Assembly: GCA_049967475.1 (NCBI GenBank)
Contig: JBMFSQ010000035.1
Coordinates: forward strand, 1 to 33,954
Reading direction: 5' to 3'
DNA: 33,954 nt
From: Chthonomonadales bacterium
Lineage (GTDB): Bacteria > Armatimonadota > Chthonomonadetes > Chthonomonadales > CAJBBX01
Both the position numbers and the translations under genes were made by a program. The notes under the pieces were generated by a model that was given only the letters and a program-made list of their open reading frames with translations, did not search any database and had not been told where the DNA came from. Shown here piece by piece: positions 17,780 to 26,179 of the stretch; within the stretch, counting starts at the first letter, position 1; each line of letters opens with the position of its first letter.

Positions 17780-18142
17780 CTACGGGGAAGGGGGTTCCTC
17801 CAGCCCCAATTGGCCTGCGACACGGTCAATCTTGGCTGCCATGATGAAGTCGCTCTCCGTAAGGCCGGCGATTTTGTGCGTCCACAAGTAAACGCGCAGT
17901 TCTCCCCAGGCGACGTAGAGGTCCGGATGGTGCCCCTCCTCATCCGCAATGCGTGCGACGCTGTTGGCGAGGTCCATCGCCTCACTGAAGTTTCTTAATC
18001 GGAAGCGTTTGTACAGCTTGTAATCCTCCACGATGGACCACCCTTGGAGCTGCATCAGCAAGGGGGCAATCTGCTCCGGAGTGAGCGGCGGCGTTCCTCC
18101 TCGGCATGGAACGCATCTGCGGTCGGCCAATCCATCTGCCAT
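17780..18142 (-). CDS. phhB: 4a-hydroxytetrahydrobiopterin dehydratase (pterin-4-alpha-carbinolamine dehydratase)
   Basis: 'CVPCRGG', 'EEGHHPD' and 'WTHKIAGLTESDFIMAAKID'; GGAGGG RBS before ATG 18142. Confidence 0.93.
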   Translation of the reverse strand: MADGLADRRCVPCRGGTPPLTPEQIAPLLMQLQGWSIVEDYKLYKRFRLRNFSEAMDLANSVARIADEEGHHPDLYVAWGELRVYLWTHKIAGLTESDFIMAAKIDRVAGQLGLEEPPSP

Positions 18143-18426
18143 GAACTTCCCTCCGGGTCTCAAGATGCCTCGGCCCTAGCCTTCAGAAGGCCATAGGGAA
18201 CGGGTGAAGCATTATGGCCGCATCTGCGGAACTTCGTACAGGGGCCATTTCAGGTAAGTTCGTGTGAACTAGGTCTGCGCCCGCATCGTTGGGCGGCCAG
18301 CAGGTATTCCGCGATCAGCCTGTTGTTCCCCCGAGTGCAGCCGACGTTCCGCACCACCGCGGCAGGCGCCCGTTGGTTGCGCTCAAACGTAGGCTCCCGT
18401 CCTTCACCGAAGCCGCAAAACTCCTG

Positions 18427-19362
18427 TTAACCCTTCAACGCTCCCAAGGTGACGCCCTTCGTCAAGCGCTCTTGCAAAAGAATATAAACGAGCAACGTGG
18501 GCAGCATGATGATGACGAGTGCTGCAAACAGGAGGCCGAAATCGCTCTTATACTGCGCCTGCATCGAGATGGATGCAAGGCCCAGGGGCAGCGTCTTGAG
18601 GCGGTCACTGCTGATAAAGACCAGGGCGAATAGGTATTCATTCCAGAGGCCAAGGAAATTGAAGATGGCTACCGTCACCAGACCCGGCTTGGCGAGGGGC
18701 ATCATCACCGCACGCAGCACATACCATTCTGAAGCTCCATCCATGAGCGCCGCCTCCCGCAGCTCGCCGGGAAGAGACCGAAAGAACGCTGTGAGAACAA
18801 ACACCGTAAACGGCAAGCTGGCGGCCACATAGATCAGGATGAGCCCGGCGTGCGTGTCGTGGAGGCTTACCCGGACCGATCCCAGCCCGAGGTATTCGGT
18901 TATCGGCGTGAGCCCGCGGCTCAACCATTCGCCCAGATCGCTGAACTCGAAGAACAGGGGGATGAGGATGAGCTGCATGGGAATGATGAGGCCGCTTAGA
19001 AACAGTGTATAGACAAACCCTCGGCCCCGAAATTCGAAGCGGGCCAAAGCATACGCTGCCATAGATCCCAAAAGCAGGATAAGCGCGAGGCTTAAGGACA
19101 CCACTTTGATGCTGTTGACAAAGTACCGGCTGAAGTGGCTCTGGACCCAGGCTTTGCGGTAGTTGGTGCGGAGAGCTGCCATGGAAGATCGGCTGGGATG
19201 GGTGAGGACCCGTGGGAGGCCGAAGGGGTTTCGGTAGATTTCCCGCGTGGATTTGGCGCTGGTGTAGAGCACCCAGAACATCGGGAATACCACGCACGCC
19301 AAATAGGCCACGAGGACCATGTACCGCAGCGCTTGGAAGGTTGCGCGTACCATGCGGCTCAT
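18427..19362 (-). CDS. Carbohydrate ABC transporter permease (MalG-like)
   Basis: 'YFVNS', 'AAYALARFEF.G', EAA loop 'ELREAALMDGAS', 'WNEY' and 'KGVTLGALKG'; GGAGG RBS. Confidence 0.93.
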   Translation of the reverse strand: MSRMVRATFQALRYMVLVAYLACVVFPMFWVLYTSAKSTREIYRNPFGLPRVLTHPSRSSMAALRTNYRKAWVQSHFSRYFVNSIKVVSLSLALILLLGSMAAYALARFEFRGRGFVYTLFLSGLIIPMQLILIPLFFEFSDLGEWLSRGLTPITEYLGLGSVRVSLHDTHAGLILIYVAASLPFTVFVLTAFFRSLPGELREAALMDGASEWYVLRAVMMPLAKPGLVTVAIFNFLGLWNEYLFALVFISSDRLKTLPLGLASISMQAQYKSDFGLLFAALVIIMLPTLLVYILLQERLTKGVTLGALKG

Positions 19363-19429
19363 TCTGCCTCCTGCATCCGCAGACAGTAGGCGTCGGAATG
19401 CGCCACTCGCCGCTCGCCGTCTTCCGCGG

Positions 19430-20311
19430 CTAGTACTCAAGGCGTTCCCTCCTCAATAACCTCAGCGACACGAGAGACACCAACAGCACGAGGCAGAAGA
19501 GCAACACGGCGATCGCGGTCCCGTAGCCGATTTCGTATTCTTCAAAGACTTTGGAGTACATGAGGGTGGCCAAGGTGTGCGTCGCCTTGCCTGGCCGGCC
19601 GTTCTCCATAACCCAAATCACGTCGAAGATTTTGAGGCCGCCGATGATGAGGTACACGATGCCGGTGGCCAGCACATCCCAAAGCAGCGGTACCGTAATC
19701 GTGAAGAACATGCGCGCGTCTCCTGCGCCGTCCATCCGCGCTGCCTCGTAGTAGGTTTCCGGGATGTTCTCCATACCGGCTAGAAACAGGACCATATAGA
19801 AACCTGTGGCGCTCCACACGATCACGGGAGGGAGTGCAGTGAGCAGGCGGCTGGACTGGGTGAAGGGTATCGGAGTTTTATAGTGGAAGAAAAGCCGCAG
19901 GAAGTGGTTGATGAGGCCTACTTCCGTAGTGCTGTAGATGAGCACCCAAAGCAGAGCAATGGCCACGAAGGCGATGACGTTGGGGAAGAAGAAGGCTACT
20001 CGGAAGATGCGGCCCCCTGCGACACCTCGATGGAGGGAATAAGCGAAGAAAAGAGCTAGAGCCAGAATAATGGCTCCTGGCAGTACGGTGAGGTAGATGT
20101 TGTGACCCAGCGCGGTTGCGAAATCTGCCCCGCGGCGGGCGATGGTCGCATAGTTCTTGAGGCCCACCCAGCGTGCCTCGCTGAGCCCATCCCAATTCGT
20201 GAGACTGTATCGGAACGCGTTGAGAGCAGGGATCACCACGAACGCGCAATACATCAGTACAGCGGGAGCAAGAAGCGCCAGGATGAAGCTGGGTCTTGGG
20301 CGGTGGGCCAT
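19430..20311 (-). CDS. Carbohydrate ABC transporter permease (MalF-like)
   Basis: 'WVGLKNY', 'FFFPNVI', EAA loop 'YEAARMDGA' and 'GYGTAIAV'; GGGAGG RBS. Confidence 0.93.
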   Translation of the reverse strand: MAHRPRPSFILALLAPAVLMYCAFVVIPALNAFRYSLTNWDGLSEARWVGLKNYATIARRGADFATALGHNIYLTVLPGAIILALALFFAYSLHRGVAGGRIFRVAFFFPNVIAFVAIALLWVLIYSTTEVGLINHFLRLFFHYKTPIPFTQSSRLLTALPPVIVWSATGFYMVLFLAGMENIPETYYEAARMDGAGDARMFFTITVPLLWDVLATGIVYLIIGGLKIFDVIWVMENGRPGKATHTLATLMYSKVFEEYEIGYGTAIAVLLFCLVLLVSLVSLRLLRRERLEY

Positions 20312-20327
20312 CAGGATATCCTCCCGG

Positions 20328-21665
20328 TTACAGTTTGGGCACCCCTCGTGCGGGAGGTTTGTAGATGTCGGGATTGTTCCGGATGGATGCGGCTTCTGCC
20401 TCCATGCGCCTGGCGAATTCTTCCGGGGAGATGCGCCCCTCCAAGAGGGCGGCAAGGTGCGCGGGCATAGCGTTCCGGGCGAAATCCAGGTAGAGCGTGG
20501 TGAGGCGATCGTCGAAATTGCGCGTGGCGCGTTCTTCGATCTGGACGGCGCTCTTGAGGTCGTCGGAGATGGCGAGCCCTTTTGTAGAACCCCGGATGGG
20601 CGAGAGTGTGTCAAGCTGAAGATCGTAGCTGGGCGCAGTGACCATGCTCACCATATACTTGAGGAAGTCGAGGGCTTCCCGCGGGTGATGAGCGTCCCGA
20701 AATACGTAGAAATCCTCGGCTCCGCCGCCGTACACCGCGTTGGGATCGCCCTTACCCCCTTCCACTGCGGGCACGGGGAAGCAGTCCATTTGGAAGCCGA
20801 TTGGAAGGGCGTTTTTCATTTCGTTCTTGAGCCATAGGCCGCAAAAGACGATGGCTGCCCGGCCATTGCACCATTCCAACTGGGCTTCCGTGTGCGTCAT
20901 AGCCATGGCTCCCGGCTCGAAGTAGTTCACGGCCATCTGTTGGAGCAGGCGCGCCGCATGAACGAATTCGGGATCCAGGAATGCGCCCGGTTTTAGGTCT
21001 TGTAGGGCGTACCAGCGATCGAAGGGAACAAGGCGCTGATAGAGCGAAAGGAGCGTGGCCCAGGCATAGGTGGGGTACTTCCCCTGGAAGGCAATGGGCG
21101 CGATGCCGGCGGCCTTGATCCGGTCACACAGTCGGGTAAATTCACCCCAAGTCTTGGGAACTCTCCACCCGTGGCGCCGGAACATACGCCGGTCGTACCA
21201 TGCCACCCAGATGCCGAAGTTCGAGGGCATGGCGTACGTTTTTCCGTTGTACTGGTAGTTAGAGAGCACGCCGGGAATGAGCGCCTGGCGCCATGTGCAG
21301 TTTTGCCCGTAGGCTTTGCTGTCCAGTGCCTCATCTAACGGGTACAGCTTTCCCGCGACGATAAGCTTCCATACCGGGAGGATGCAGTTTGCCAAATCCG
21401 GCGGGTCTCTGCGGAGGATGCGAGGCTTGATCTTTTCGTCCACGCGCGGATCGCCCCACAGATGGATGCGAATGCCGGGATGGAGGCGCTCGTATTCGCG
21501 GGCTACGTGTTTGTGCCACTCGATGCCGTAACCGCCTTCGAAGACGGCGACTTCGATGGTAAGGGGTTCATGAGCCCCTTTCTTGTGAAAGCTGCAGGCC
21601 GTAAGTGCCAGACACAAGGCTATCGCCGGCCATCGCCGGGACACGGTGGCCAATATGCGCATCAT
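20328..21665 (-). CDS. Sugar ABC transporter substrate-binding lipoprotein (family 1; NgcE-like N-terminus)
   Basis: Lipobox 'LALTA-C', 'AVFEGGYG', 'YNGKTYAMP', 'PKTWGEF' and 'AGIAPI'. Start is 21665 or 21704. No ATPase gene in the cluster. Confidence 0.9.
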   Translation of the reverse strand: MMRILATVSRRWPAIALCLALTACSFHKKGAHEPLTIEVAVFEGGYGIEWHKHVAREYERLHPGIRIHLWGDPRVDEKIKPRILRRDPPDLANCILPVWKLIVAGKLYPLDEALDSKAYGQNCTWRQALIPGVLSNYQYNGKTYAMPSNFGIWVAWYDRRMFRRHGWRVPKTWGEFTRLCDRIKAAGIAPIAFQGKYPTYAWATLLSLYQRLVPFDRWYALQDLKPGAFLDPEFVHAARLLQQMAVNYFEPGAMAMTHTEAQLEWCNGRAAIVFCGLWLKNEMKNALPIGFQMDCFPVPAVEGGKGDPNAVYGGGAEDFYVFRDAHHPREALDFLKYMVSMVTAPSYDLQLDTLSPIRGSTKGLAISDDLKSAVQIEERATRNFDDRLTTLYLDFARNAMPAHLAALLEGRISPEEFARRMEAEAASIRNNPDIYKPPARGVPKL

Positions 21666-21776
21666 GGCCGTGGATTGAGCCGTTGGGATCGGGAATGTTG
21701 CCATCGGTGCGCATTGGTTCGACCTGGGCGGAAAGAATTCCTGTACCCTGCAGGTGATGCGGAACGCTGCACCGAC

Positions 21777-22235
21777 CTATCGGTTATGCAGGATCTTCGC
21801 CGGGTTCTTGCTGGGCGAGGGACATAGAGGCGTTAGGTTGCTGGGATCCTCCAGCAGTTCCGCCACCGTTGTTTCCTTGAATGCCTGCTCTACAGCGGCG
21901 ACGGCCTGATCTATGCGGCGGTGGAGCGGGCAAAGGCGTTTGCCGTGGGACTTGATACCCAGGGGGCATTCCCGGATCCTCGGAAGAGGATCTACGGCAT
22001 CCACTATGTCGAAGATGGTGATGCGCGAAGGGGGCTTCACCAAGGTGAAACCTCCGTGGAGCCCCCGACGTGAGCGTACGATGCGGTAGCGCGCCAGGCT
22101 CTGCAGCACCTTGCTCAGATAGGAGTCCGGCACGTGGGTGGCCTCGGCGATTTCGCGATTGGTGTGGGGGCGATTGGGATCGGTGGCTAGGTGGACAACG
22201 GCGCGCAGAGCATATTCAGCGGTCTGTGAGATCAT
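21777..22235 (-). CDS. Rrf2-family transcriptional regulator
   Basis: 'MISQTAEYALRA', wHTH 'EIAEAT.VP.SYLSKVLQ.L', 'SRRG.HGGF.L', and C-terminal 'CPLG..H....CPLH' with possible Fe-S ligands. Confidence 0.95.
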   Translation of the reverse strand: MISQTAEYALRAVVHLATDPNRPHTNREIAEATHVPDSYLSKVLQSLARYRIVRSRRGLHGGFTLVKPPSRITIFDIVDAVDPLPRIRECPLGIKSHGKRLCPLHRRIDQAVAAVEQAFKETTVAELLEDPSNLTPLCPSPSKNPAKILHNR

Positions 22236-22276
22236 TGCGGAGCACCTCCTCGCGGCAAAAAGGCATTAAGTGGACC

Positions 22277-22306
22277 TTGACATCCATTATAGCACAGCGG
22301 TATACT
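22277..22306 (+). promoter_or_regulatory. sigma70 promoter for the ric operon
   Basis: TTGACA (22277-22282), 18 nt, TATACT (22301-22306). Confidence 0.75.
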
Positions 22307-22314
22307 GAATGCAA
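22286..22314 (-). promoter_or_regulatory. sigma70 promoter for the Rrf2 gene, overlapping the ric promoter
   Basis: Minus strand reads TTGCAT (22314-22309), 17 nt, TATAAT (22291-22286), with an extended -10 TG. Confidence 0.75.
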
Positions 22315-22382
22315 ACCGGATAACTACATCCGATTTATGCCTTACCATGGAACAGCAGTCCCTAACTGCAAGGAGGGTCAAC

Positions 22383-23100
22383 ATGAACACCGTGTCATCG
22401 AACGCTCTCGTGGGAGCGCTGGTTGCCGAGCAGCCCGGTCGTGCCCGCGTCTTCGAGGAGCTGGGCATAGACTACTGCTGCGGCGGGCAGCGGCCGCTGG
22501 CGGACGTTTGCAACGAGCAGGGTTTGAAGCTCGACGAAGTACTACGCCGCATCGCCGAGGCAGATGCAGCGCCGGAGCCTTCCGGGCAGGATTGGACGGA
22601 AGCTTCCCTTGGCGACCTCGTAGAACACATCGTGGAGACGCACCATGCCTACCTGCGTGACAACCTGCCGAGGATTGGCCACCTCACCCAGCGTGTCGCC
22701 CAGGCGCACGGCGCGAACCATCCGGAAGTTGTGGAGGTCGCCGATGTGTTTACGAGCCTTCACAGTGAACTGGAGAGTCATATGATGAAAGAGGAGCGGA
22801 TCCTCTTTCCGCTCATCGTGCAGATGGAGCAGACGGGGCAGGCCGGGTGGGCGCCCGGAGGTTCGATTGCAAACCCCATCAGCGTGATGGAAGCCGAGCA
22901 CCAGGATGCCGGCGAGGCGCTCGAGAACTTCCGCACGCTCACGCACGGATACGTGCCCCCCCGCGGACGCGTGCAACACCTTCCTGGCCATGCTCCATGC
23001 CCTCGCTGAGCTGGAAGCGGATCTGCACGCGCATATCCACAAAGAGAACAACATCCTCTTTCCGCGGGCGTTGGCGCTGGAGGACGAGCTGCGCAAGTAG
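22383..23100 (+). pseudogene. ric: Iron-sulfur cluster repair di-iron protein RIC (YtfE/ScdA), split by a frameshift in a C7 run (real or sequencing error)
   Basis: 'GIDYCCGG', 'HIVETHH.YLR' and 'HMMKEERILFP..PISVMEAEH' lie in one frame; 'PPADACNTF..LEADLHAHIHKENNILFP' lies in another. Removing one C from 22956-22962 gives an intact 238-aa protein. Identity is secure; pseudogene status is not. Confidence 0.8.
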
Positions 23101-23264
23101 CGCCGATGCGGTCCTGATGGCGGACGGGTGCGTCGGTTTGCCGCAACGGGTTTGGAACGAGGTCCTTCCTTGGAAACCGCATGTGCGGCAAGGTGCAGGC
23201 GGTTCAGACGAAGTGCGGTTGTACCTGCGGCGGGGGAAGTGAGGAGCTGGAAGGGAAGTGTGCA

Positions 23265-24194
23265 ATGGATGCGGCAGTAAGGATTCGGCCGGTGGAGAAA
23301 CCTCCGATCCCTCGGGAACATGGAGCCTGGGTGATGCTCTATGCGCCTCTGGTGATTGCTGGGGCGGCGGTTCACCCGAGAGATTGGGAGGCGCTTGTAT
23401 TGGCCGCGCTGGCCTCCACCGGCGTATTTTTGGCGCAGCACGCCCTCGCCCTGATTTTGAAAGGATCCAATCGCAGCAGAGGCGTGGAGGCCGTCGCCGC
23501 CGGCCACTCACCGGGTGCCGCTCGCCGCTCCCCAATTGGGGGTTGGTTTTTCCGTATGGGTTCCCATCCTGCTGCACCGTGGCTTGGGCTGTATCTTGCC
23601 TTGGCGGCGCTCGGGGGCGTTCCCCTCATCCTAGCGTATCAGCGATGGCAGTTGCTGCTGCCCGCGGGAGTTGCCCTCGGGCTGTGGGGTGTGCACAGCT
23701 TCCTAAGGATTTGGCCGCCTCGGCGCCGGTGGGACCGCACCGTATGGGGGGAAGCTCTGGGTGTCACGGCGCTCGGGCTCACAGCACCGGCAGCGTGGGT
23801 GGCTGCTAAGGGGTCTCTGCAGGCGGAAGCATGGGTCATCTGGGGCGCGTGCGTTCTCTACTTCAGCAGCGCCATCTTCCACGTGCGCATGATCTTGGAG
23901 GCTGCGAAGGTAAAACAGCCGCTTACGTGGAACCTGCGGTTGAGGCTGGCCCGGCACAACCTGCTTTACCATGGTCTCCTTTTGACCGTTGTGGCGGCTG
24001 GAGGGGTTGCCGTAGGCGGACGGCCGGGGTTGCTGGGCGCATTGGCATTCGCGCCGGGCATCCTTCGCGCCCTCTACGCAACTGCGAAGTTAAACACGAA
24101 GCTGCCGCCCCTCAAGAGGTTGGGGTTGTTGGAGACACTCTACTCTTGTTGGTTCGTAGTGCTTCTTGTTTTCGCGCTCAACGCAGGGGCATAG
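23265..24194 (+). CDS. YwiC-like family membrane protein
   Basis: N-terminal 'IPREHGAW.ML..P' signature, about 8-9 TM helices and C-terminal 'KRLGLLE'. Confidence 0.82.
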   Translation: MDAAVRIRPVEKPPIPREHGAWVMLYAPLVIAGAAVHPRDWEALVLAALASTGVFLAQHALALILKGSNRSRGVEAVAAGHSPGAARRSPIGGWFFRMGSHPAAPWLGLYLALAALGGVPLILAYQRWQLLLPAGVALGLWGVHSFLRIWPPRRRWDRTVWGEALGVTALGLTAPAAWVAAKGSLQAEAWVIWGACVLYFSSAIFHVRMILEAAKVKQPLTWNLRLRLARHNLLYHGLLLTVVAAGGVAVGGRPGLLGALAFAPGILRALYATAKLNTKLPPLKRLGLLETLYSCWFVVLLVFALNAGA

Positions 24195-24233
24195 CCTCAC
24201 GCGATACGCGCTACCTGCGAGGACACGTAACCA

Positions 24234-24842
24234 ATGACCATACAGATCAACGCACCTACAGAACATTCCTTCGATACGCCGATTGAACTCCTGAGCGATT
24301 GTCATCGGCGCATCGAACGGTTTTTGGACCAGATGATCGCCGTTGTAGATGAGTGTCGCGGCGGAGAATTGGATCGCGCCCACCGTGACGCCCTGGAGAC
24401 CGCGATGCGATACTTCCGCCAAGCCGCTCCTCTGCACACCGCGGACGAAGAAGTATCGCTGTTCCCGCGTTTGCGCCGGAGCGGTCAGGCGTCGGTTCAG
24501 GAAGCATTGGATGTGTTGGACCGCCTCGAGCAGGATCATATCGTGGCGGCGGAGGCCCATACCGAGATTGACGCCTTGGCGCAGAAGTGGCTTTCCGCCG
24601 GCGTGCTGGAGGGAACGGATGTGGAGCGGCTGTCGCTGGAGCTGCACTCTTTGCGCTCGATGTACAATCGGCACATTGCTTTGGAGGATGGGACCCTCTT
24701 TCCCCTCGCAGGCACGGTGCTGCCCCCAGCGGAGGTGGCGCAGCTTGGGCGCGAAATGGCTGTGCGGCGCGGGCTCGACCCCGACCGGCTGCCGACGCAG
24801 GGACGTTGCGCCGAGCGGCGCGCTCGCCGGAACGTCGGGTGA
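24234..24842 (+). CDS. Hemerythrin (HHE) domain protein
   Basis: 'PIELLSDCHRRI', 'YF..AAPLHTADEE..LFP', 'LEQDH' and 'HIALED..LFP' give the di-iron ligand pattern; GAGGA RBS. Confidence 0.9.
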   Translation: MTIQINAPTEHSFDTPIELLSDCHRRIERFLDQMIAVVDECRGGELDRAHRDALETAMRYFRQAAPLHTADEEVSLFPRLRRSGQASVQEALDVLDRLEQDHIVAAEAHTEIDALAQKWLSAGVLEGTDVERLSLELHSLRSMYNRHIALEDGTLFPLAGTVLPPAEVAQLGREMAVRRGLDPDRLPTQGRCAERRARRNVG

Positions 24843-25078
24843 TCCTCAACAGGGTACCCCAGGAGCCGCGGTAGTACAGTGTGTCGCATCTGATGGGTGC
24901 GGCAAGGGGGGGCCGGCCTAGTACAACGGTACCATCGGGTAGTACCATTCGCCTATTGGCGCTGGGCTCCCCACTGGGGGATAATTACCACACATTCGCC
25001 GAATTAAAGTGCGCATCCCCGTACCGGGGCAGTACCCAGGCGGGCCGCGTGGGCCAGGCATAAGGAGGCCAACGATCC

Positions 25079-26179
25079 ATGGAAGCGCCGTCGCTCTATA
25101 CCCAAGAGGATTTTGCCCATAGCCCCTTCGTTGTCTTTTACGAGGTCACGCGTGCGTGTGATTTGCTCTGCAAACACTGCCGCGCATGCGCGCAGCCATA
25201 CCGGCATCCTCGTGAACTCAACAATGAACAGTCCAAACTGCTCATCGAGCAGATAGCATCCTTCCCGAAGAAGCCCGTTCTCGTGTTCACGGGCGGAGAT
25301 CCCATGAAGCGGAAGGATATCTTCGATCTGGTGGAGCACGCTGCCCGCAAAGGGCTTTCCGTTGCCATGACACCCTCCGCCACGCCCCTCGTAACGCGTG
25401 ATGCCATTCGGAGGCTGAAGGATGCGGGACTGAGCAGACTTGCAGTGAGCGTGGACTCGGCTACGCCGGAGGTTCACGATGGCTTCCGCGGGGTTCAAGG
25501 GAGCTTTCAGCGGAGCCTCGAGATCCTGGCCGACGCACGCGAGGCGGCACTCCCTCTCCAAATCAATACCACCATCACGCGGCGCAACGTGGATCAGGTG
25601 GATGAAATGGCGGACTTCTTCGCTACCCAGGGCATCGTGCTATGGTCGGTATTCTTCCTGATCCCCGTGGGCCGTGGGCTCATGGAGGAGCGCATCGCGC
25701 CGGAAGAATACGAGCTGGTGTTCGAGAAGTTGTGGCGTCATTCCAGAAGGCAGCCATACGGCATCAAGACCACTGAGGCGCATCACTATCGCCGCTTCGT
25801 ACTGAAGAAGCAGGGGGATCCGCAGTTCCAGCCCGGAGGAAGCATCCCGGGGCGCATTCAGAGGGCGCCTATCGGCGTAAATGACGGGAAGGGCGTCTTC
25901 TTTATCAGCCACACGGGGTCTGTATATCCCAGCGGTTTTATGCCGATCCTGTGCGGCAAGTTTCCTGCCCAGTCTGTGGTGGATATCTACCAGAACGCGC
26001 CGCTTCTGCGTTCGCTGCGGGACGGCAACCTCCTGAAGGGTAAGTGCGGCCAGTGCGAGTACCGGGCAATCTGCGGGGGCAGCCGGGCGCGGGCCTACGC
26101 CGTGACGCGCGATCCTCTAGGAGCCGAACCCGATTGCGTCTATTTGCCGGAGGCCATAAGGGAGAAAGTGCTATGTTGA
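25079..26179 (+). CDS. Radical SAM/SPASM protein, TIGR04053-like (NirJ/AhbD-related)
   Basis: 'DF..SPF.VFYEVTRACDLLCKHCRA' (CxxxCxxC), 'TGGDP', 'KTTEAHHYRR', 'GVNDGKG..FISH.G.VYPSGF' and 'CGQCEYRAICGGSRARAYA..EPDC'; AAGGAGG RBS. Confidence 0.85.
   Translation: MEAPSLYTQEDFAHSPFVVFYEVTRACDLLCKHCRACAQPYRHPRELNNEQSKLLIEQIASFPKKPVLVFTGGDPMKRKDIFDLVEHAARKGLSVAMTPSATPLVTRDAIRRLKDAGLSRLAVSVDSATPEVHDGFRGVQGSFQRSLEILADAREAALPLQINTTITRRNVDQVDEMADFFATQGIVLWSVFFLIPVGRGLMEERIAPEEYELVFEKLWRHSRRQPYGIKTTEAHHYRRFVLKKQGDPQFQPGGSIPGRIQRAPIGVNDGKGVFFISHTGSVYPSGFMPILCGKFPAQSVVDIYQNAPLLRSLRDGNLLKGKCGQCEYRAICGGSRARAYAVTRDPLGAEPDCVYLPEAIREKVLC

Larger units (their letters stand above)
22267..22336. promoter_or_regulatory. 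Two imperfect palindromes GGAY-N6-ATCC; candidate Rrf2 operators
   Basis: TAAGTGGAC-CTTGAC-ATCCATTAT (22267-22290) and AAACCGGAT-AACTAC-ATCCGATTT (22313-22336; arms match 8/9). Confidence 0.6.

Noticed and set aside
18190..18290. 'ATAGGGAACGGGTGAAG' as a cobalamin or Moco riboswitch near phhB
   Set aside because: It is on the wrong strand for phhB and lacks the conserved continuation.
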